This document shows positions 44,842 to 56,757 of a stretch of 64,000 nt of DNA, in pieces. The notes under the pieces are model-generated. The model was given only the letters and a program-made list of their open reading frames with translations, had not been told where the DNA came from and searched no databases. How positions within the stretch are numbered: the first letter of the stretch is position 1; each line of letters starts with the position of its first letter. The stretch covers positions 314,815-378,814 of the forward strand of contig JAGYKX010000007.1 in the NCBI GenBank assembly GCA_018401115.1, read 5' to 3'. The DNA comes from Flavobacteriaceae bacterium. GTDB taxonomy: Bacteria; Bacteroidota; Bacteroidia; Flavobacteriales; Flavobacteriaceae. The translations under genes were made by a program, and so were the position numbers.

Positions 44842-45362
44842 TATAGTAGTATTCCACTTATGTGTTTCACTTCATCTATAACATACTTTTGTTGAGGTGT
44901 AGTTAGTTTTACATAATCGTTCCAAAGGATACCACCATTCTTATCAATGGTTCCAACTAACATTAAATTCTTCCCCGTTGAATCATAGATTTTCATTCCG
45001 TTTGATTCCTTAACCACCCCAATAAGTTTTCGGTTAGAACCATTACCAATCCATCTGAACGGAACAACAGAGTTCATTTCTTTATTGATTGTATCTAATT
45101 TTTGATTTAATCCTAATGAGTAAGAAGGGAGATATTGTTTCCACTCACTATATCTTTCTAATAGTTGGGTAATATCACCATAATTCATTTCGGTTTCTTC
45201 CTTGAGAGTTTTAATCATCTTATCTCGTTCAGAGGAAATCCACCCCCTTTCACACATATGATTTAATACCAATACATCAGTGTATTTCATCAATCCCTTG
45301 ATTCCCGTTTCTTTTAGGGTTTGAACTAACCCATCAATTTCATAATCGTTTATTTCTTCCAT
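44841..45362 (-). CDS. hypothetical protein
   Basis: 173-aa ORF whose stop overlaps the HTH start. Confidence 0.65.
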   Translation of the reverse strand: MEEINDYEIDGLVQTLKETGIKGLMKYTDVLVLNHMCERGWISSERDKMIKTLKEETEMNYGDITQLLERYSEWKQYLPSYSLGLNQKLDTINKEMNSVVPFRWIGNGSNRKLIGVVKESNGMKIYDSTGKNLMLVGTIDKNGGILWNDYVKLTTPQQKYVIDEVKHISGILL

Positions 45363-45484
45363 AATACTTTCACAGATAGTGTTGTTGTTTCACACTATTA
45401 CTTATAAGTATTACAAACTCAGAAAAGTGTTTTATCTCTATACTTAAAACATTAACTTTAGGTTTTTAATTTTGAAATTAAACT

Positions 45485-47192
45485 ATGAGTAACCATAACG
45501 AAATATCATCCTTCATCTGGAGTGTCAGTGATGATATTCTGAGAGATGTTTTTAAAAATTATGAATATGGTGATATAATTCTCCCATTCCTTGTTTTAAG
45601 AAGGTTGGATTGTGTTCTTGAACCAAAGAAAAAGAAGTAGTTGAGTTTTACGATACAATCAAGGGAGAATTTGAAGACCCTTCTGAGGTATTGATGGAAC
45701 AAACTAACATGAATTTTACAAATCACTCTAAATTTGATTTAGTAAAACTAATAGAAGACCCTAACAAACTAAAAACGAATATAGATGAGTATATAAGTGG
45801 TTACTCTTCAAATGTTCGTGAAATTCTTTCTTACCATAACCTAACCTCAATTATAAATAAACTTCATAAGAATAATCGGTTATTTAAACTTGTTGAGGTC
45901 TTTACACAAATAGATTTACATCCAAATGTGGTAAATAACCACACAATGGGAAGAATCTTTGAAGAAATTTTGAGAAGGTTCTCAGAGATGAGTAATGAAA
46001 CAAGTGGAGAACATTATACTCCAAGAGATATAGTTAGTTTGTTGGTGTCATTAGTGTTTTCACCTGATAAAGAAAAACTCCAAGATAAAGGGAAGATTAT
46101 TTCGGTTTTTGACCCTTGTTGTGGAACTGGTGGTATGTTAACTGTTGGTAAAGAATGGGTACATGAGAACATCAACGAAAATATTTCTGTAAACCTTTTT
46201 GGACAGGAATTAAACGAAACAACTTACTCAATTTGTAAGTCAGATTTTCTAATTACTGATGAAAATCCAAACAACATTAAGTTAGGTTCTTCTCTTTCTC
46301 AAGATGGATTCTCTGATACAGATAGGAAGTTTGATTACATGATTACTAACCCACCCTTTGGAGTGAGTTGGAAATCTGAAAAATCATTTATTGAAGATGA
46401 ATCTCATAGAGGGGACGATTCAATGTGGGTACACCAAGAGTATCAGATGGTTCATTACTCTTCTTACAACACCTTATTTCCAAAATGGAAACTCAAGGTT
46501 CAAGAATAGGAATTGTATTCAATGGTTCACCTCTCTTTACTGGTGATAGTGGTTCAGGTGAATCTGAAATCCGTAAATGGATAATAGAAAACGATTGGTT
46601 AGAAAGTGTAGTTTCATTACCAGACCAACTATTTTTTAATACAGGTATCTCAACATATATCTGGATAGTAACAAATAAAAAGGAACCTCAACGAAAAGGG
46701 AAAGTTCAACTAATAGATGGTTCTTCATTCTATAAATCAATGAAGAAATCATTGGGTAGTAAACGAAAGTTTATTGATGATTCTCAACGAGAACAACTTA
46801 TTCAAACTTATCAGAACTTTGAAGAAAATGAACACTCAAAGATTTTTGATAATGAATACTTTGGGTATACTAAAATTACCATTGAACAACCAAAAGTTGA
46901 GAATGGTAAGGTAGTAAGAGACAAGAAAGGAAATCCAAAATCAGATTCCAAACTCAGAGATTTTGAAAGAGTTCCTTTATCAGAAGATATTGAAGAGTAT
47001 TTCTCTCGTGAAGTTGAACCACATCTTCCTAACTCATGGATTGATTTTGATAAGAGTAAGGTGGGTTATGAAATCAACTTTACAAAGTATTTCTTCAAGT
47101 ACAAACCTCTTCGTTCATCAGTTGATATCTCCAATGATTTATTAGAATTAAAAAGAGAATCTGAAAACTTACTTAACCTAATAATGGATTAA
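45485..47192 (+). CDS. hsdM: type I RM methyltransferase subunit, 2 frameshifts (near 45630 and 46412)
   Basis: MSNHNEISSFIWSV start; GEHYTPR, DPCCGTGGML, NPPFG and GSPLFTGD motifs. Confidence 0.92.
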
Positions 47193-48442
47193 TGAAGAGA
47201 TATGATTCATATAAAGATTCAGGGTAGAATGGATTGGGGAGATTCCAAGTCATTGGAAGAAAACAAAACATAAATTCAATCTTTCAATTTTAAGTGGTTA
47301 TCCATTTAAGTCTGAGTTATTTGATAAATCAGAGGTTTTCCTTTAATCCGAATACGAGATATTTCATCAGGAAAAATAGAGACTTATTATCAGGGTGAAG
47401 TATTAGATAAATTTGTAGTTAATGAAGGAGACCTACTAATTGGAATGGATGGGGACTTCAATACCCGTTGGTGGAATTCTGAACAAGGACTATTAAATCA
47501 GAGATGTTGTTCCATAATTGAGGTTCAGATGTTCTAAGAAGATATCTACATTATGTTCTCCCGATAGAACTTAATATAATAAACGACCTAACATATTATA
47601 CAACGGTAAAACATCTTTCAGTTGATGACATAAACAATACTGATACGATACTTCCACCCCTCTCAGAACAACAACAAATCGTAACCTTCTTAGATACCAA
47701 AACCTCACTCATTGATTCTTTAATTGAGAAAACCCAACGAAAGATTGAACTACTCAAAGAGAAAAGAACCTCTCTTATCAATGAAGTAGTTACCAAAGGA
47801 TTGAATCCCAATGTGGAGATGAAGGATAGTGGTGTGGAATGGATTGGGGAGATTCCGAGTGATTGGGACACTCCATTTTTTAGTCTTATCTCTAATCTTC
47901 AACAGGGTTTACAAATTCCTTTTGACAATAGATTCTTTGAAAAAGAAGAAGGAATGTTTGAATATATAACTACAAAATCTGTCCACAATACAAATGACCC
48001 AAGACAATATGTATTGAACCCAAAAAAATCAGTTATATGTGGTAAAGATGAAATTTTATATGGTAGAACAGGAAATACAGGTGAGGTAATAACTAATGTT
48101 GAAGGGGTGTTTCATAACAACTTCTTCAAAATAAACTATGATAAAAATAAACTTGTTAAAGAATATCTGATATATCAATTAACTAATTCAAGATTTAGAG
48201 AGACCATATTACTTCTTTCAGGAACTACAACAATTCCAGATTTGAATCACGGAGACTTTAATTCTATGAGGTGTTTAATTCCACCACTCTCTGAACAACA
48301 ACAAATCGTTGAATATTTGGATGAACAAACTCAACTGATTGATAAAACAGTATCTATTGAAGAAAAGAGAATAGAACTACTTAAAGAATATCGTCAATCC
48401 CTTATCTCTGAAGTAGTAACTGGTAAACGAAAAGTAGTTTAA
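47192..48442 (+). CDS. hsdS: type I RM specificity subunit, frameshifted in TRD1
   Basis: Two KDSGVEWIGEIP..W and two PPLSEQQQIV repeats; VVTGK end. Confidence 0.9.
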
Positions 48443-48444
48443 TT

Positions 48445-51400
48445 ATGTATGTACACCCTACCGAATATAGATACCAAAAAGAGATAATAGAATATCTTTC
48501 AACTCATGAGTTTAATGGGTTGAAGTATAATTATCTAAAGGATGATAGTTATGAATACGATAGGTTTAAGTGTATAATACCTTCAGAAACTTTAAAGTTT
48601 ATTGAGAAACACACAATCTGAAACTTATAAAAATATCCTCAAATACAAGGGAGAACCTGAAGGATTTATTTCAAAATTAGTTAACGATAGTGTTTTAAAA
48701 AATGGTTTAATCAAAACTCTTAAAGATGGTGTAGATGATTATGATGTTGGTCATGTTGATTTAATTTATTTTAACCCTGATAGAAGGATATCTCAATCTT
48801 ATTTAGAGAAATACCAAGAGAATAGGTTTGTTGTAATAGATGAATTTAAGTACTCTGTAAAGAACGAAAACAGAATTGATGTTGTTCTTATCATTAATGG
48901 AATTCCAATCCTTACAATGGAGTTAAAGAATCAATTTACTGGTCAATCAGTAAAGGATTCAGATAAACAATATGTTTATGATAGAAAACCTGATGGAGAA
49001 CCTCTTTTAAAATTCAAAAGATGTATTTGGTCATTTTAGTTTAGATAAATCAGAGATTCATTTTACCACAAATCTCAGAGGAGAAAAAACCAAGTTCTTT
49101 CCTTTCAATAAAGAAATGGATGTCAATAAAGATGGTTACAAGGTATCTTTCCTTTGGGAAGAGATTTTTAACCCTGTCTCTTTACTTGATATTCTTGAAA
49201 AGTTCGTTGTTCAAGTTATAGAAGTAAGTAAGGAGTGGAATGATAAAACCCAAAAGTTGAGAAAGAAAGAATGAAGTACTCATTTTTCCAAGATATCATC
49301 AATTAGAGGTAATTAGAAACCTTAGAAGTACTGTAAAATCAAATGGTATTGGTGGTAATTATTTAGTTCAACACACCACAGGTTCTGGTAAATCATATTC
49401 TATCGGATGGTTATCTCATAACCTCAATACTCTATTTGATAAAGATGATAATAAGATGTTTGATTCAATCATTGTTATCACTGATAGAAGAGTATTAGAT
49501 TCTCAACTTCAAAAGACTATAAAAGATTTAGAGGGAGTTGAAGGAGTAGTAAAACAAATAGATGAGGACTCTAAACAACTAAAAGGTTATTTAGAAAGTG
49601 GTGGTAGTATTATCATTACTACTATTCAAAAATTCTCAGTTGTTGTAAAATCCATTCAAGAACTCTCAGGAAAGTAATTTTGGTGTAATAATTGATGAGG
49701 TCCACTCTTCACAAACCGGTAAAAGTGGTTTGAATCTTAGAAAGGTTTTATCTCTCAATGAAGATGATGAGGTCACCAATACAGAACTACAAGATTACAC
49801 AAACTCAGTTGTTAAATTTCTAAGTGAAGAACAAAGAAGTAGAAAGAAACCACCTAACATTTCTTTCTTTGGATTTACAGGTACTCCAAAACAGAAACCC
49901 TTGAAATCTTTGGTACTGAATCAATAGTAGATGGAGAAACTAAAAAATTCCCTTTCACTCTTATTCGATGAAACAATCAATTAAAGAAGGTTTCACTTTA
50001 GATGTATTAGAAAACTTTACTTCTGTAAAAGATGGTTTAAACTCAAAATGAAGGGGGATGATAAAGAACTCCCTGAATCTAAAGTAAAACACGAATTGGT
50101 GAATTGGGTTGATTCATCTCCTGAGATGATATCTGAGAAAGTGAGAATCATTCTGAACCATTTAACTCAAAAACCTTTAATACTATTCCTAAAAAACTTT
50201 CAAGTGGGAAAATCCAAAACAGTGGTAAAGGGATGATTGTTTGTAGTTCTCAATATGATGTGGTACAATACTTCTTTGAATTGACCAAACAACTAAAAGA
50301 AAAAGGATGGTACGATAAATGTAAACCTTTATGTGGTTTTAGTGGTAAAATCGATTTTCAAGGTGAAAAATTCACTGAACAAGACCTCAACGATATAAGT
50401 GGTCACAATAGAAGAGAAAGTATCCCTGATGGGTTTAAAAACCCCGTCAATAGAATACTGATTGTTTGTAGTAAGTTTCAAACTGGTTTTGATGAACCTC
50501 TTCTTCATTCCATGTTTGTAGATAAGAAATTAAATGGTGTTCAATGTGTTCAAACTTTATCAAGATTGAATAGAACCACTTCTGGTAAAGAAGATACATT
50601 CGTTCTTGATTTTGTGAATAGACCCGAAGATGTTCAAAATTCATTTCAAGAATTCTATAAAACAAAAATTCTCTCTGGTGAAAGTGACCCTAACGAGTTG
50701 TATGGAATACTAAAAGATATTGAAGGTTATAACCTTTATAGACCATCTCAAATTGATGATTGGTTAGAAATATACTTTAGAAAGAACCGTAGTGATAAAG
50801 ATTTACAACCTTTAGTAGATACCATATACAATCAATGGATAGAATTACCTGATGATGATAGGGTAAGGTTTCGTTCAAAAATTGGTTCCTTTCATAAGAT
50901 GTATGAGTATATCACTCAAATCATTGATTTTAAGAATCAACCTAAATTGGAAGGTTACAACCTTTTCTTTTCATTACTTCATAAATTTCTAACTGTATCA
51001 AAACCTATTGTTGAATTAAATCTATCTGACTCTGTTTATTTAGATTCATATAAGTTTGATATTCAAGGTAAAAACAATTTGTTTTTAGATGATGTAGATA
51101 CACCCGTTGACCCTAAATCATATGATTCTGAAGGAATGTTAATGGAAGAGGAGACGGATTTACTTTCAAATATTATTAAAGGAATGAATGAAGTTCTTGG
51201 AGAGGGTTTACCTGAACATTTAAGAAAACCTCTCGAGAATCTTACCAAGAAAATTGAAGGTCACGAAGAGTTTGATACAACCTTAAAAATAACACAGAAT
51301 CTAACTCAAGAGATTGGTTAGATAAAATATATCTTGATATCAATAAAGAGAATTTTAAAACGATTTAGAAGGTTATAAGTTTTAAAAGATGAAAATATTA

Positions 51401-51461
51401 AGGATATAATTATTCAAGGTATTATTAATTCTAAAAAGGAAGTTCTTCTAGAGTTAAATAA
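48445..51461 (+). CDS. hsdR: type I RM restriction subunit, several frameshifts; 3' end approximate
   Basis: IDVVLIINGIP..MELKN, QHTTGSGKS, IDEVHSSQ, GFTGTPK, FQTGFDEP and QTLSRLNR motifs. Confidence 0.88.
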
Positions 51462-51481
51462 TTTTAAAAGAAAGTTATTAT

Positions 51482-52435
51482 ATGGATTTGTTAACAGATG
51501 TAGAAGATCTTTATGGAAACCCTATTTTACTTGGGAATGGTTTCAGTATTTTAAACAACAATAATTTTTCTTATAAAAACTTAATTAAAGAAATCATACA
51601 AAATAGTGAGGTTGACGTAAAAATATTTTAAATAAATTTAATGAGAAGAATATAGAAGAAGTCTTATACAAGATTCAGTCAAGTATTGAAATATGTAAAA
51701 TATTAGATATACCCAGTAAAAAAATAATTAAAACAGAAACTAAACTAATTAGATCTTTTATAGATATAATTAGTAAACTCCAACCCTCTTCAGACTCATA
51801 TTTTGAACCCTACAGTTACCACTATGGTAATCAACTTAAAAATTTGGTAGTATTTTTACCACTAATTACGATTTGAATATCTATTTTTAGTTTTAAAATA
51901 TTTTTCAAGAAATAACGGTCTTTTTACCCACTCTGATAACTTTTCGGGGTCAAACCAATATCTTACGTTTAATAATGAAAGTAACTCTAGTTATGAATCT
52001 CATATTTATTATTTACACGGAAATATATTGTTGTTTGGTAATAATCTTGAAATTTTTAAAGTAAAAAAACAGACGAGAACAGTAGTATTATTGATAAAAT
52101 AAAAGAAAACATAAATAATGGTAAACTTCCAATTATAGTTACTGATGGAAGTCCTGAATATAAATTGAACAAAATAAATGGAAATAAATATTTGAGGTTT
52201 TGTTTTGAAGAGTTTAAAAATCACAAGAGTGATTCCCTAGTTATATATGGACATTCATTAAGTGATTTAGATAAACATCTAATAGAATGTATTAACTCAA
52301 ATAAAAATTATAAAAAATTTATTTTGGACTATTTAAACCAACTGAAAATAAAATTAACCTTCAAAAGTCTAAGTTTAATGAAGAATTAGATGTCAAATTT
52401 TTGATTCTGAAATGTTATTTAACCCTGACATCTAA
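51482..52435 (+). CDS. DUF4917 / SIR2-like protein, frameshifted
   Basis: ILLGNGFSI, IFTTNYDL, YLHG, PIIVTDG and LVIYGHSL..D.H found across frames. Confidence 0.7.
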
Positions 52436-52442
52436 TAATTTT

Positions 52443-52554
52443 CACAATCTTTCTACTTAAATCTCGTTCCTTTACACTTATAGTTCAACACATGATATCG
52501 ATATAACAATGATACTGATACCAGATTAACTGAAATTAATATCCTTAGTTACAA
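52443..52554 (+). repeat. intergenic repeat, copy 1
   Basis: Gapless similarity to 53391-53476 and to 56758 onward. Confidence 0.7.
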
Positions 52555-52655
52555 GAAACCTTCAAGTTAATCTTCCGATTTGAACCTCTTAAAATTTTCG
52601 AAGAGAGGGATTGTTATGTATTAAGAAGAGATTTGTGTTTCTTATTCACATTGAA

Positions 52656-52901
52656 TCAGTTGAATTTTCCTAAGTATTTGGTATAAACCAACTGACAGAC
52701 TTTATCCATTGATTTGAATACACTCATATCAAAATCAGAACTCTTGGTGATACTTGTAAGGGTAACTACCGAGTTATAGAGAACCTCATTATCCTCACGA
52801 GAGATTCGTTCGATAAAGTTGATATGATTACTTCCTTTAGGTGATTCAGAAACGATTACTTCTTCTGATTTTGAATCTATGGAAAAGAGAAAATTACTCA
52901 T
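52656..52901 (-). CDS. hypothetical protein
   Basis: 81-aa ORF 8 nt downstream of the HNH gene. Confidence 0.55.
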   Translation of the reverse strand: MSNFLFSIDSKSEEVIVSESPKGSNHINFIERISREDNEVLYNSVVTLTSITKSSDFDMSVFKSMDKVCQLVYTKYLGKFN

Positions 52902-52909
52902 AGGTTAGG

Positions 52910-53332
52910 TTATTGATGGAGGTGACATCTTCCGTTAGTATTTTTAGTTCGATTCTTACACCTAAGTCCTTTTTGAGTGGTTCCTGAACATTGAGTTGAG
53001 GTTACTGATTTAGAAGTTTTGGATTTAGTGGTTTCACCTTGACAACAGTTTGTTCCTACTATATTATTGTGAATCTTACAAACACAACTATTGGATTTAC
53101 TCCGATTACATCGTTGACAGAGAAGTTGGATATTCGATGGGTCATTCTTCCCTCCACACGAAAAGGGAGTGATGTGGTCATACTCTAAGTTATCGGTTCT
53201 TCCACAACATTGACACGAACCACCATCACGAGTAAAGACAATCTTTTTGGTAGTGGTGGAGATATTTCTACTTTGAGAGTAACCTGAGAAGGTGATTAGA
53301 ATCAGGGATATGAGAAGGAGTAATCTTTTCAA
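52910..53332 (-). CDS. HNH endonuclease with signal peptide and C-terminal Cys/His motif
   Basis: RDGGSCQCCG..EYDHITPFSCGG.N...NIQLLCQRCNRSK; QCSGTTQKGLRCKN..GRCHLH. Confidence 0.85.
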   Translation of the reverse strand: MKRLLLLISLILITFSGYSQSRNISTTTKKIVFTRDGGSCQCCGRTDNLEYDHITPFSCGGKNDPSNIQLLCQRCNRSKSNSCVCKIHNNIVGTNCCQGETTKSKTSKSVTSTQCSGTTQKGLRCKNRTKNTNGRCHLHQ

Positions 53333-53390
53333 AACCAGTAATTTTTAAAAGATTTTACTAAATATAACTAAATTCTCTTCACCTCCCATT

Positions 53391-53476
53391 ACTTCACACT
53401 TATAGTTAAATTAAAGGTATCGATATGACAATGTATTCGATACAGGTTTATCAAAAATTAATATCCTTACATACAA
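53391..53476 (+). repeat. intergenic repeat, copy 2, with GTATCGA..TCGATAC inverted repeat
   Basis: 64/86 gapless identity to 52469-52554 by manual alignment. Confidence 0.7.
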
Positions 53477-53868
53477 AAACATATTGGATGTTCTTTGGAT
53501 TTGAAAACTGTAAAGACTGTTCTGGTGTACAAAAAAAGACAATTCAAGAAGAAGGATTTCACACTAGAAAAGGACATCAACAAATTAAAAACATTCTATA
53601 CCCAAGAAGGAGAAAGTAATTGAGATGAAAATATATCTTACAAAATTTAATAACAGTTAGTGTTCTAAATTATCTTTATGAAATTAGTCCTTGATATACT
53701 AAAAAAGAGAAGTGTTTTTAGAAAATTCAATTATAAGTTTTCTAATAACAATGGAGATTTTGATTTAGGTTTGGAACCAGATAATCCATTAGTTCCCATA
53801 GACCCTAAAAATGGACCTAAGATTTTATTTAACAAAAAAGAACTAAGAGAGTAATCTTCTATTCTAAT

Positions 53869-55013
53869 TCAATCCCTATTGTAATCAATTAATCTAAATT
53901 GTTCTTTAGAAGTAACTCTTGGAAATTTTGATTTATAATCTTTCCACTTCCTTAGACATGTTTCATAATCATCATTATCTTCAATTCCACATAAATCACC
54001 TGAGTCACCATTATAATCCCAATCTCCCCAATCTTTAGTTTCAAAGAATTTAGGTATATCCTCTAACTCATATAAAAACCCTTCTTCAATTCCAGTTAAA
54101 TAAAAGTCATCTATTAGAACCCGATTATCTTGTATTTCAAACCATTCTCCATCTTCATATTCTTCCTCTATTTTATCTAGTTTGTGATATTGACCAAAAA
54201 CAATTATTCCACTACCGTCATTAAGTTTAAATTCCCCCCTATATCTTACTTCATGTATGATTCGGATTCTTATATCACCATGTTTTAAAACATCTTCTTT
54301 TATTATTTTTCCATCCTTATCCCATTCTGTTATTGATTCACAAATATCATTATTAAAAAACTCTTCCTTTTTTATTTTACCACTTTGAAAGTAGGTGAAC
54401 CATTTCCCGGATTTACTTCCCTTATGAAACTCTCCTTCACTTTTTAGTTGATAGTTTTTAAAATATCTTTTGTAAGAACCATGTTTAAAAAATCCAAACT
54501 GTCCACTTTTTAGATTTGACTCTAATTTTAAATTACCATTTTTAAAATATTCTTTTCTAACACCATATCTTTCATTGGTCTGAGTATCTATTTTGGTCTG
54601 ATTTTCCTCTAATCTTAAAACACCATTTTTATTCCATATTTTTTGAGATTGAGTAAAATGTTTATCGAAGATTTCTTCTTTTTTTATAGTACCACTTTGA
54701 AAGTAGGTGAACCATTTCCCATTTTTTTTGTAGTTGTCAATGTATTTACCTTCGAACTTTAAATTATTCCCTGGATAAAATTCTTTTTGGGATATTTTCT
54801 TATGATTTTCGAATATATTCTCTCTTTTATATCACCATTCTCATAATACAATCTCCACAAACCTTCTTGTTTATCATTTTGAAACTCTCCTTCATACATT
54901 AATTCCCCCGTTTCATAATATAATTTTTGAAGTCCGTGGTATAAACCATTTAATGTGGGAACGGTTGATTTTAATTTTCCATTTGGGTAGTAATCTTCCT
55001 TTATATCATCCAT
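53869..55013 (-). CDS. MORN-variant (YwqK-like) repeat protein with acidic C-terminal domain, one frameshift near 54810
   Basis: YYPNGKLK, YYETGEL and GKWFTYFQSG (twice); after the shift the frame stays open to TGA at 53869. Confidence 0.75.
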
Positions 55014-55023
55014 GATACTACAA

Positions 55024-55476
55024 TTAATATTTTACTATTTCAAATTGTTCTTTAGAAGTAACTCTTGGAAATTTTGATTTATAATCATTCCATTTTTTTA
55101 GACATGTTTCATAATCATCTTCATCTTTAATTCCACACCAATTATCGGAGTCACCATTAAATTCCCTATCACCCCAACCTTCAACTTTAAAAAACTTAGG
55201 TATATCATCTAAATCAAATAAAAAACCTTTTTCATAATCTGTTAAATAAAACTCATCAATTTCTACTCGATTATCCTCTATTTCAAACCATTCTCCATCT
55301 TCATATTCTTCCTCTATTTTATCTAGTTTGTGATATTGACCAAAAACAATTATTTCATTCCCATCATTAAGTTTAAAATGTAGATTTCCACTTGATTTCA
55401 CTTCATGTTTAAGTTTTATTTTTACTTCACCATTTTTATGAAGAAAATTTGGTTTTTGTTTGTTGATATAATCCAT
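55024..55476 (-). CDS. hypothetical protein, paralog of the MORN protein C-terminal domain
   Basis: MDYINKQ start; 336-bp gapless duplication with 53896-54231. Confidence 0.7.
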   Translation of the reverse strand: MDYINKQKPNFLHKNGEVKIKLKHEVKSSGNLHFKLNDGNEIIVFGQYHKLDKIEEEYEDGEWFEIEDNRVEIDEFYLTDYEKGFLFDLDDIPKFFKVEGWGDREFNGDSDNWCGIKDEDDYETCLKKWNDYKSKFPRVTSKEQFEIVKY

Positions 55477-56229
55477 TATTAAATATTTTTTCGTTAATGA
55501 TTCTCCCCATATGTTTTTTATCCTCAGTTGATACCGAACCAAAAGGAAGGTTTTTAGGTTCACCGTAAACTATTCTTGTTTCAAAATCACCTATTGTAAC
55601 TTTAAATAAATCTAACTTAAATGGTTTCCTTGGTTTACCTTCTTTAGTTTTTTCAATTACATGAAGTGTTTCAACATGTGTGGGGTCTAATAATTCCAAG
55701 TATCTTTTCCTAGTGGACAGAATAATTAAATTGGGTTTAACTTCTTGAACTAATCTTTTCCAAAGTTTGAATCCATTTAATCTTAGAAGTTCTTGTTCAT
55801 CAGATTTTAATCTACTCCAAGTTGGATTTGTGGATAAAGGAGAACCAATATCTGTATGGAGGACTTTATTGAAATTATTGTTTGGATAAAAACTACAATT
55901 TAATCCATTAAGTAAAGGTTCATACCCTGTAGAAAACCACTTTTTATAAGGTTCATTTTTAAAATAATCACATAACGATTTTTCAAGTGAAAGAGGGGAG
56001 TTTCTGTACTGTGGAAACCTAAAAAACGAATAGTTATCTAATTGATTAGATTGAAATTCAATGTTTGATGGATTAAGACCTACCGTTATAACTTTCTTTT
56101 TTTGATTAACGAATGATTCAATATCTCCAAAAAGAGTATTGGTAAACTCTTCCCTATAACATAGGGTAAATGTTTTTTATCGTTAAATTCATCAAGTAAT
56201 TCGTTTAAAAGAGACTCTGATAATATCAT
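55436..56229 (-). CDS. uracil-DNA-glycosylase-like fold protein, frameshift near 56130
   Basis: SLPILF(F)GD...VITVGLNPS..EF, HTDIGSPLST.PTWS.L and VKPNLIIL motifs. Confidence 0.55.
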
Positions 56230-56256
56230 TAGTTATGATTTAAGGTTAATTAAAAA

Positions 56257-56619
56257 TTATACTAAATACATGTAAAATCCTCTTATAGGATTTTCATATA
56301 AATCGTTAGTTATTTTGTTCTTTACCCCATTTTCATTATTAATTAAAGACCACTTATACTTTTTATTTTCAAGAAACTCTTCTACCCCCTCTTTAGTAGT
56401 GTCACTATTTATTTTATACTCTTTACTACCAATTTCAACTCTTATTCTTGTAGTATTTCGATTGTATTTATTTAAATCTCCTATTGTTTCTTTTTTAGTC
56501 AATTTCATCCAACAATCCAATAAATCATATAGTGTTTCTTTATTGTTAATAGAAACGGTTTCTATATAGTTTAAATCACTTGATAAATAGTTTCTCACTC
56601 TCTCTAGTTTTTCTTTCAT
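56257..56619 (-). CDS. hypothetical protein
   Basis: 120-aa ORF. Confidence 0.65.
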   Translation of the reverse strand: MKEKLERVRNYLSSDLNYIETVSINNKETLYDLLDCWMKLTKKETIGDLNKYNRNTTRIRVEIGSKEYKINSDTTKEGVEEFLENKKYKWSLINNENGVKNKITNDLYENPIRGFYMYLV

Positions 56620-56757
56620 AATAATTTGTATTTAACAGGTTTGTTAATGTATTATCTAAAGGTCTCCGTATTTTTTTGTAAATGGATAATCTATTAATTT
56701 CCCTTTAGGAATATGACTATTATATAATTAATACTTAGAAAGTTAAGAATTTTAAAA

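Noticed and set aside
45485..51461. The type I RM system as the driver of GpC avoidance
   Set aside because: Type I enzymes recognise long bipartite sites, and the NPPF motif indicates an amino-methyltransferase. They cannot target a dinucleotide.
53425..53854. Plus-strand gene after repeat copy 2
   Set aside because: The listed start falls inside the repeat and the downstream frame is broken by several stops or shifts, so I cannot assign a product.
53896..55377. Diversity-generating retroelement TR/VR pair
   Set aside because: Mismatches are not adenine-specific, both copies are coding, and no reverse transcriptase is in the window.
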